Shown: positions 1 to 6,871 of the stretch, one piece after another
Position numbering within the stretch: the stretch's first letter is position 1
Layout: each line of letters starts with the position of its first letter
Assembly: GCA_043228905.1 (NCBI GenBank)
Contig: JBHGNT010001498.1
Coordinates: 1 to 6,871 of the forward strand
Direction of reading: 5' to 3'
Source: Azolla caroliniana
Taxonomy: Eukaryota; Plantae; Polypodiophyta
DNA: 6,871 nt
The notes under the pieces: model-generated
Databases searched by the model: none
Seen by the model: only the letters and a program-made list of their open reading frames with translations
Told to the model about the DNA's origin: nothing
Position numbers and translations under genes: made by a program

Positions 1-113
1 ATCAAACCATTAGCTATACAGAGAAGTTATAATCTTGGACCAAACATGTTCAAATACAATTTTCTGAATACAAAGCATGTTTCTTTTACATATTTTCTGT
101 AAACAAAATATAC

Positions 114-198
114 CTTGCTGATCTGCATATGTCAACAGCTTCCTGATTTGGTATTTTTTCCCATAATCCATCAGTTCCTAGAATAATTAAATCATCCT
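114..198 (-). CDS. PP2C exon 11 (DDLIILGTDGLWEKIPNQEAVDICRSA)
   Basis: DGLW metal-binding motif and NQEAVD; acceptor atgcag, donor AAG|GTATAT. The following intron runs off the window edge. Confidence 0.96.
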
Positions 199-3100
199 CT
201 GCATTACAAAACGCCCAAAAAAGAAACTGAGTTTTTATTGTGTAAAGGATCACTGCATTTTATACATAATTATAAAATACCAGACTCTAGTAAATATAAT
301 GGGGCTGCATTTTATGCACAATTGTGATTTTAATCAAAATACCAGGACCCAGTGTCTCAACTGTCACATCGGGCTCAGCTGTGAGTCCATACCCTCCACG
401 TGCACCATCGATCCTTCCATCTGACCAACTACAGATTTTGCAATAAATAATTTTACAAGGAAAAGTACTATTCTTAACTCAATAAATATTAAGATTTTTA
501 ATAAAATAATAAGGTCATAAGTTCTTAAGCTATTTCATATTCATAAATGATATAAAACACCTTCTAGCATAAGGAAATTTTATGCGAATAAGACTTTCCA
601 ACAGAACTTAGAAGACAACGACATCAATGAATTGTATACCAACTTTACAGAATAATTTTCTCGGCAATATGCCAGGTATGATACCTTCTGAATGGGAAAT
701 TTTACCACTCCAGAATTTTTTCATACTAACGAATATTCTAACAAATGCCCAATAGGTCATAAGTAATCTGTTGTTTCACCATTATGATGATCATAATGAA
801 AACCGGATTTGTATTTTTGACAGTATTTATCCAATATACACAATAACTGATACACTCAGTTGGAGGTGTAAAGATAAAGAATAAATTGAGAAAGAAAGAC
901 ATACTGACGTCTTTAAAGAGGTAAAAATACGCTATAAATACAAAGAAGAGATTACATCTTAAAATGTTGTCTAGTTTCTCAGAACAAAAAGAAAGAGAGA
1001 AGGAAATATTGATGTCATGGCCTATAAGATGAAAAAGAGAGTACACTTAAATGTTGCCTCGTCTTTGAAAACAACAAACAAAAGTAAATCTAATTAAATA
1101 TAGGATACTAAAGAATCTAGCTATCGAAGCACTTCAGATTCTAAATGTAGATAGACTAAAATGTCTGCCTTTGAAAGATCTCAAACATGGGCCGCTGTAC
1201 GATGGAGAGATATCCAAAGTGACGAAAGCACCTTTGATGTAGGGTGATAATAGCCTTTACTTTACACTGACATGAGTGAAAGGACAGTGTTCCAGATGGC
1301 CATTGCATGCATTGATAACAAATTGCTATTGTCCAATCCATTGAGTTGAGACCCCACTCATGCAACCCTTGACTGATGGTCATGAAACTAAACAAAGTCG
1401 TTATTGTTCTTTAGATGAGATAAGCTAATGGGGCTGAATTGTTGTCCAACTTCTCTCTATCTCAAGGTCTAGCAAGAATAATACAACTGCCATTGGCCTT
1501 TGTATTCCATTACCTTTGGTGGTGGGAAAAAGCCTTATTTGAAGAGGCAACATCTTCCTTTTATTTCGTAAAAAGTTGCATATGGCAAACATAGTGTTCT
1601 TCTAATTTCACTCATCAATGGCACAATTGCCAGACTCATTCTTCCCTATATTTGCCTGCATTACTTATCTCAATCTCTGACTGATGTGGAGAGGTCCTAA
1701 GCTGCCCTATCACAATATAAACTGCATGAAATTGATGTGTAAACATATAAGAATGGCTGGTTATGAGTCTATATTGCGACATGGATAAAGATAATACCTT
1801 GCCATGGGCTATCTTCCTAGCAAGTCACGTTGTGTGGCTGATTCAATGTTTGCTCATTACCCAATTTAATGATATAAGTCAAATCAATCTTTTCTTCTCC
1901 ACTTTGGCCTTGTTTGGGTGTGGATAATCTAAGTTATATTGGAACCATTCTTGCATATCAACAATGATTATTACAATGTTCAGCTAGCTGCTTCATAAGT
2001 TTCAGTCTTGAATACCTTTATTTAGAGAGCTGCCAAATCTATTGGATACTGGTCACTGATAAGAATAATGCCTCAATCACTATTGGGCATACTCAAACTT
2101 CCATCCAAATTATAGCATGGGACACTAATGCTCTGCCCCTTATCATGTGAGCAATCATTGAGACAAATCTGCCCAACGTTGTGCCCCATGAAAGCTCAAT
2201 TCCCAAACTCCTACTTTGTAGGGATGGGTCTGTGTTACATGTGTATCAAACCACCACAATTTAATATGTGGTTCTTGGAACAGTATACATGCACACAAGA
2301 AAGTCAAGCACAAACAACCTCCTGAAGAGAGAACGGAGGCCAGTGAATGTTACTTCTAGATATGTGTATGCTACCTTTTCCTCTCCCAAGAAGAATTAAC
2401 GTTTGTTAGCCATACTTGAGAGGTGTGCGACTAAAGTTTTATCAAAGTTCACTGACAAATATTTTTATCTACAAAAATGACATTAAAGCATTTAAATATC
2501 TCTTGTTTGGGTCTTATAGGCCATTGTAGCCTCCTAAAAGCCATTAACATTTCTTTCTTTCTTTCTTACTGGAGATTCAGATTTCAGCATAATGTCATCA
2601 GATATAGTATAGCTATCCCTGCCAAGCATGCTCTTGATATATTGGTCTGGATATGGGAAGGCTTTTATTTGTTGATGGTGAATATTTTGCAGTCTCAAAA
2701 GAAAGAAAGCTGATGAATATAAAGACCTAATCACTTTGAATAGATCCAAAAGGGATAGCCGGTTCGATCAATGCACTTGATGATTTATAATCAAATCATA
2801 ATGCTACTTCAAGGATAGAATTTCATGGTACATAAAATAATTTGGCATACACAAAAAATGGTATTGATAAAAGTTAGCTGTTATACTCTTTTAAATAGGC
2901 ATCGCCAAATGCCCTCGAAAGTGCAAGCAGCCCTCCAACACGCCATGTACCTTCAACATTAATAACCTGGAAAAGGTGGTTTCTTGTCTTCATGTAATAA
3001 CAAACATTTCTTGTTCAAAATATCATGTTGATACTACATTTTAAAATGCATATATAGATAGATAGATAGATAGATAGTTAGATAGTTAGATAGATAGATA

Positions 3101-6100
3101 GATAGATAGATACCTAAATATGCAAGCACTTGTCAGATAACAAGAAATATAGAATCAGATTATAAATATCTTATTAATATTGATGATTCAGACTTTTTCT
3201 ATAAAAACTCAAAAGACTAAATTTACCAATGGTTTTTTGGGGGTCGGGTTCTTAGCCTCAATTCTTTTTCTTTCTGCTTCAACATTGGGCTGTAATACAA
3301 AAACACTTTTTAGGATATACATAATAGACCAACAGCCTATTAGTGACAACTTGTAAATTTAAAACAGCCTAGAGATATGAATCAACCATGCGTCTATTTT
3401 CAATTGCATTCACATAATGGAAAACATTGACCTGTGTGATGAACCACACCCTTCAGAAAACATGTGAATAACTCTTACTGATTATACAAACAATTCAAAG
3501 TCATGTTAACAATACTCGGGAGTTGGGAAACTTCCTGTTAGCCAGTTTTGAAAATTTACCTTATGGTCAAATGAAAGTTGTATGGCTTGTCCTGCCCGCG
3601 ACAATACAATACGTGCATCCCCAACATTAGCAGCTACTAATTGCTGCTTACCATCTGAGAACAAATTGTATGTTTAACACTTAATTGTGATACAACGACA
3701 ATTCCCTGAAATTTAATATCAACTCCCTTAATGGTGGATTAACAGCCAACATATTATCTGTACCTTGTAAAGGAAAAAGAACAACTGTAGCTGCTGTGGC
3801 ACCACAACGGGATCCTCCTACCCCCCTTTCCCGTAAAGCTCCAAGGAAACCCTTGGGTTGAGCCTGATGATACAACAACAAAATAGAAATAATTAACACA
3901 GAAAATTATTGTAATAGTATAAATTTTATAACACTATTAATTTCAAGGTTACCAAGGTCAAGACGTCAAATTCTAGATATGCGGAAATGGTTGATGTGAT
4001 TGGATCAGATGCTGAACAAAAGTAGATGTTGTAAGTCCCCAAGTTATTGCAACTTATATCTTAGTTTCAATTAAAGATAATAAATGGTCTTCTGTGAAGA
4101 AATTAAGCATAAAAATCTGTTTATAAGATAGAGAAAACAAACAAATGGAAGAGAATTTCCAATTCGGAAAAACTAAAACACTTGAATTTTTCTTTATTTC
4201 CCCAAACGACCTAGAGTTTTTTTAGTTAGAAGAAGTGTTAAGGCTCTTTGAGAGCCAAGGCTCATGGGGGTAATAAAATGCGGTTGGATACGTTCTAGCA
4301 TTTTTACCTTGTACTGGGCCCAACATTGAGGGTTAACATTTGCAATGTAATATTCCAATTTTGACATTTCAGCTTCTTGCCATTTCATCCTTAGTGCCCC
4401 TAGTAATCTATCCTTGATTGTCGCATATTTCATAGCATCACCTGAGAGCTCCAATAGATATTTTACACCCATCTTTTAAACCATTTCATTACGTCAAGCA
4501 CTCAGCCAAAAGAGAAGATTTTGCTCCTATTCTTTTTTTGTACTTTGCATCCTATGTTCCAAGCAGTTTTGGCAATCTGTGATCAGGCATATTCTTGACC
4601 TTTGTGATACACTTGTATACCCTTTGCCTGACTAGCATCTATATGGGCCGAGCACCTGTTTCTATTAGCACAACACGATAGGCTGTTGAGGATTTAATTC
4701 CCAATTTTCTCCCATTTCCAAGTTATCAAGAAAGAAACTTCAACTTAAACAATGTATTTTACACTCAAAACAATTCAATTTCCAGATTCAAATTTTTGTT
4801 GGTGCCAAAAACGCATATGTATGTTCTTGAGGAAAATGATGCAGAAAAATTATTTATATAATGCTGAATTCACAATGCAGATGAAATTGCAAACCTGCCT
4901 GAAAGACGCTTTTTGTAAGAATCCCAAAAGTTATCCTTCAACATCCTACACACATGTCAATATAAAACATGAGTACCAAAAATTATTCTCAGCTAAAGTT
5001 TGATGTTAGTTTCCGAAACATATTTCATTATGTTTTCGAAATATTTTCAAAAAGCACCAGAGATATGATATTATTTAATTTTCTTCAAATTGAATTTCCA
5101 TCTCAAGTATGAAGTATCAATCACATAAAATCCTTGATGCATCAAATCTGTTTCAACATTTTGATAAGTCAAATTTGAAGGAGAAATTATTCAATAGTCA
5201 AAAAAGTTATACATTTGGTTGTCCTATGCAATCAATTTCAAAATTTCCTTGTTTATTTATCTGATAAGCTCTCAACTACAAGGTTTGAATGTTGAAAAAC
5301 CAAAACCACATACTCTGCAACTGCAATTCCTCCATGTCCATCAAAAACACCAAAAAAGGATGGATCAGAGCCCTTTGCATCAATAACAACATTATATGTG
5401 TCCTCCATAGTTGGTCTGCCTGTGCCTTGCATTGCTGCAGCTCCTATTCTGACATATAAATAAATGAAATCAAACAGATGATAGAGAATAGGAAACTGGA
5501 GGTTTTGGATAAAGATTTAGTAATAACGCACAACACATGCAAACTGCATATGCTGTGTAAAAGAATGATAGAAAAAATCAAAATAACATTGACAATCATT
5601 TATATTGAGAAAGGCATCAACAACAATTCCAACAAGATAACTAATATAACAGAGAGAAATAGAGCACAGGGGATTTGAATAGCTCAAAGTTCTGATGGCT
5701 TCAAGTTTAATGAGCTAAGAAGTAAGTGGGTTCCAAAAAACGGGTCTAAAAAGCCAAATATTATGAAAATTTAAGATTGTAAACAACATTTACAATTTAT
5801 GTTCAATCATCTTTAATAAAATAGTATATATATTTCTTTACCGAGACCGTACCATGCTTGCCTGAACTAAATATTCAAATTTGTCATATAGTAATTTTCG
5901 GAAATATAAGAATTGAACAAAACAAATCTGCTTTTACCGCAACCACGCAGCAAAAACACTGCAAATGTCATTAGAATTTCTGATCTAGTATTTCATATGT
6001 ACCTCTTTTGTAGCAAAAGAGTACAGTTGGTTGTTAATGTCCATTTAGCAGATGACTTATTTCTTGCTGCTGAAACATCAAAAATTATACACAATCAATT

Positions 6101-6344
6101 TTGGTTAGCACAAAAACTCACTAAAAGAAAACTCTCGTCATATGGGTTATGTACCTGGTGATAAGCATATTTTTAGAAACCCATTGACTGGTTTCAAAAT
6201 CCCACCAATTACTACAATTTTCTAGGTGACCTTGCAGAATGGAGGTATTAAAAGGCGTGAACTTTTGGTCAACATAGGTTCAGCCTGTCTCTCAACACAC
6301 ATGATCCTTTTATTGTTCATCATAATTTCAACACACGCTTGCAT
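114..6344 (-). CDS. PP2C: Multi-exon PPM-family protein phosphatase 2C, 3'-incomplete: join(6344..6155, 6069..6003, 5448..5314, 4945..4899, 4011..3953, 3863..3764, 3654..3560, 3289..3227, 2966..2887, 428..343, 198..114). The first two exons are tentative.
   Basis: Manual splicing gives ...IGAAAMQGTGRPTMEDTYNVVIDAKGSDPSFFGVFDGHGGIAVAEMLKDNFWDSYKKRLSASDPITSTISAYLEFDVLTLAQPKGFLGALRERGVGGSRCGATAATVVLFPLQDGKQQLVAANVGDARIVLSRAGQAIQLSFDHKPNVEAERKRIEAKNPTPKKPLVINVEGTWRVGGLLALSRAFGDAYLKDWSDGRIDGARGGYGLTAEPDVTVETLGPEDDLIILGTDGLWEKIPNQEAVDICRSA. The PP2C motifs RxxMED, DGHGG, GxTA, ANVGDxR, DHKP, ERxRI, SRAFGD and DGLW occur in order. All introns end in AG and all phases match. The symbol is a family name, not an orthologue call. 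Confidence 0.95.
253..353. repeat. Imperfect tandem duplication spanning the exon 10 donor
   Basis: ctgcattttatacataattat-aaaataccagactctagt (253-291) versus ctgcattttatgcacaattgtgattttaatcaaaataccaggacccagt (305-353). Confidence 0.8.
343..428 (-). CDS. PP2C exon 10 (WSDGRIDGARGGYGLTAEPDVTVETLGP)
   Basis: AEPDV motif; acceptor ctgtag, donor CTG|GTATTT. It follows a 2458-nt intron (429-2886). Confidence 0.95.
989..2625 (-). mobile_element. Decayed, 5'-truncated LINE (non-LTR retrotransposon): 3' half of ORF2, probable 3' UTR and degenerate (TTTC)n tail
   Basis: Minus-strand fragments with many stops and frameshifts occur in LINE ORF2 order. ILY-DDIMLKSESP is a broken YADD (~2570-2610). It is followed by RYLNALMSF, LSVNFDKT, YTYLEVTFTG, FQEPHIKLWWFDT, VSMIAHMIRGRALVSHAII, IGQLRTSPHQSEIE (~1670-1710), EE*VWQLCH**VKLEEHYVCH (decayed Cys/His knuckle) and FYEIKGR. 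A pyrimidine-repeat tail lies at ~989-1006. Boundaries are approximate and the clade (RTE-X/L2-like) is tentative. Confidence 0.88.
2507..2567 (+). mobile_element. ~60-bp LINE/SINE 3'-end fragment with a (TTTC)4.5 tail, nested inside the larger LINE in the opposite orientation
   Basis: It interrupts the RT remnant between SESP and RYLNAL and ends in tttc x4 + tt (2550-2567). Its reverse complement matches 989-1029. Confidence 0.65.
2887..2966 (-). CDS. PP2C exon 9 (VINVEGTWRVGGLLALSRAFGDAYLK)
   Basis: RVxGxLAxSRAFGD motif; acceptor cttttccag, donor GA|GTATAA. Confidence 0.97.
3055..3112. repeat. (TAGA)n / GATA tetranucleotide microsatellite, 14.5 units with two TAGT variants
   Basis: Read directly from the sequence; lies in the intron between exons 8 and 9. 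Confidence 0.98.
3227..3289 (-). CDS. PP2C exon 8 (PNVEAERKRIEAKNPTPKKPL)
   Basis: ERxRIE motif; acceptor ttacag, donor TTG|GTAAAT; phase 0 at both ends. Confidence 0.95.
3560..3654 (-). CDS. PP2C exon 7 (GKQQLVAANVGDARIVLSRAGQAIQLSFDHK)
   Basis: ANVGDxR and DHK motifs; acceptor ttctcag, donor AAG|GTAAAT. Confidence 0.97.
3764..3863 (-). CDS. PP2C exon 6 (AQPKGFLG...CGATAATVVLFPLQ)
   Basis: GxTA motif; acceptor catcag, donor AAG|GTACAG. This exon is the core of ORF 3681..3899. Confidence 0.95.
3953..4011 (-). CDS. PP2C exon 5 (SDPITSTISAYLEFDVLTL)
   Basis: Acceptor cttttgttcag, donor TTG|GTAACC. AYLEFD matches the PP2C helix A[FY]xxxD. Confidence 0.9.
4222..4710 (-). mobile_element. Internal fragment of a second LINE ORF2 (post-RT region), decayed
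   Basis: Translates as RKLGIKSSTAYRVVLIETGARPI*MLVRQRVYKCITKVKNMPDHRLPK/AWNIGCKVQKKNRSKIFSFG*VLDVMKWFKRW/GVKYLLELSGDAMKY...SKLEYYIANVNP...QPHFITPMSLGSQRALTLLLT, with 2 stops (4641-4639, 4504-4502) and 2 frameshifts. The pattern ETGxxPI...MPxxRLPK...W is typical of the region after LINE RT. This explains ORF 4194..4472. Confidence 0.8.
4899..4945 (-). CDS. PP2C exon 4 (MLKDNFWDSYKKRLS), GC donor
   Basis: Acceptor gtgtag. The exon completes the AE codon from exon 3. The frame with exon 5 requires the donor CAG|GCAGGT at 4898. Confidence 0.85.
5314..5448 (-). CDS. PP2C exon 3 (IGAAAMQGTGRPTMED...FDGHGGIAVA)
   Basis: RxxMED and DGHGG motifs; acceptor tgtcag, donor GA|GTATGT. Confidence 0.96.
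6003..6069 (-). CDS. PP2C putative exon 2 (ARNKSSAKWTLTTNCTLLLQKR)
   Basis: Acceptor tgtttcag and donor GAG|GTACAT. Only one frame is open, and it joins exon 3 in phase 2. The peptide is S/T/K/R-rich and lacks acidic residues, like a transit peptide (inference). Confidence 0.65.
6155..6344 (-). CDS. Putative first exon (N-terminal extension) with an in-frame TAG at 6224-6222; may instead be 5' UTR with a uORF
   Basis: ATG at 6344 gives MQACVEIMMNNKRIMCVERQAEPMLTKSSRLLIPPFCKVT*KIVVIGGILKPVNGFLKICLSP. It ends at the donor CAG|GTACAT (6154) in phase 1, matching the next exon. The 85-nt intron has a GCTAAC branch-like site (~6109-6104). Confidence 0.45.
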
Positions 6345-6515
6345 AGTTCAAGCCACCTGGTTTAGGTACAGTTTACTTTTGCTTTACTTTATCAAATATT
6401 CTTTAGAATTCACGAGGGTGTAACTTTTTGTTTTCTAGGTCGCATCGACCTTTTCAAGTAGTTGATATAACATTTCATTTTATGCTATTCTATTCTATTT
6501 TATTCTCTCCTCCAG

Positions 6516-6871
6516 TGTGGCATAAATATGCAAAGATACTATATAATGTGCCGGGGCAGTCTCCACTCCCAACCCACATGGTGTTGGGATAACTGGTCCC
6601 TCCGGATAGGATGAGTTGGAGAGCCGAATCAGATGAAGACCGGCTAAGGGCCGGAAGCCGATTAGAGGCTACATTTGTAAATAGCCCATACTTTTGTATA
6701 AGTATAAATACACCTACGGCAATCACTATGTATTATTATCATTGTCAGTGTTGACTGTGTGTCTGTGTGTGTGTGTCTGTGCGAAGTATCAGAGAGGGTG
6801 TGTATCCATCTAAGACAAAGACAAGCTCAAGGTCATTGCCTTTGATTCTATGGTATACTTCACCATTTAGT
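6516..6871 (+). mobile_element. Possible LTR of an LTR retrotransposon (partial, runs off the window)
   Basis: Composition shifts at a TG-starting segment (TGTGG, 6516). A GC-richer block with several CCGG sites (~6550-6670) is followed by TGTAA...TATAAATA (6703-6710) and a TG-rich tract, a U3-R-like layout. No second LTR, TSD or internal domain is visible. Confidence 0.35.
6756..6781. repeat. Interrupted (TG)n microsatellite
   Basis: tgtgtgtctgtgtgtgtgtgtctgtg. Confidence 0.85.

Noticed and set aside
1-113. Final PP2C exon within the window
   Set aside because: The AG near position 14 gives an immediate stop and no DN motif is present, so the intron continues past the edge.
560-960. Possible coding, viral or LTR remnant in the long intron
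   Set aside because: The plus-strand frames I translated are stop-interrupted and show no motif I can recognise. A tBLASTx search would be needed.
738-1046. 102-aa minus-strand ORF
   Set aside because: F/I/L-rich translation of AT-rich intron sequence and the LINE tail, with no motifs.
1156-1395. 79-aa ORF
   Set aside because: Lies in the distal part of the decayed LINE; no evidence for an independent gene.
989-2567. Inverted pair read as terminal inverted repeats of a DNA transposon
   Set aside because: No target-site duplication, the ends are simple-repeat tails, and RT-like sequence continues past the right copy.
2128-2749. ORFs 2128..2325(+), 2477..2713(+) and 2534..2749(-)
   Set aside because: These are antisense or partial frames of the LINE remnant. 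The SDDIML in 2534..2749 is the broken YADD region.
3681-3899. 72-aa ORF as a standalone gene
   Set aside because: It is exon 6 plus intron read-through on both sides.
5010-5041. Imperfect AT-rich inverted repeat (ttccgaaacata...tatgttttcgaa)
   Set aside because: Too short and too low in complexity to call a MITE or structured RNA.
4752-6423. Plus-strand ORFs 4752..5003, 5478..5678, 5913..6161 and 6226..6423
   Set aside because: Short frames antisense to the PP2C gene with no recognisable domains; this many is expected by chance.
6437-6454. Hairpin aggtcg-cat-cgacct followed by a T run, resembling a rho-independent terminator
   Set aside because: The context is eukaryotic nuclear DNA, and a 6-bp stem is expected by chance.
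6490-6726. 78-aa minus-strand ORF as an upstream PP2C exon
   Set aside because: No homology and no convincing splice connection to exon 1; it falls in the LTR-like block.

Overview
AT-rich eukaryotic (land-plant) genomic DNA carrying most of a spliced, minus-strand PPM/PP2C-type protein phosphatase gene. I can trace 11 exons from 6344 down to 114, and all splice phases are consistent. The last exon(s), with the terminal DN metal-ligand motif, lie beyond position 1. Nine exons (5448..114) encode an uninterrupted PP2C catalytic domain with three unusual insertions. One intron needs a GC donor that competes with a GT 4 nt downstream. The apparent N-terminal exon has an in-frame TAG, so the true start is unresolved. 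Two introns hold decayed non-LTR retrotransposon (LINE) ORF2 remnants (~989-2625 and ~4222-4710), and the first contains a nested, inverted 3'-tail fragment of a related element. There is also a (TAGA)n microsatellite, a duplicated splice donor and a possible LTR upstream of the gene. A seed-free or non-flowering plant host (e.g. a fern) is my impression only. I found no convincing wholly novel system; the best leads are the gene's 5' architecture, its splice-site competition and its PP2C subfamily.
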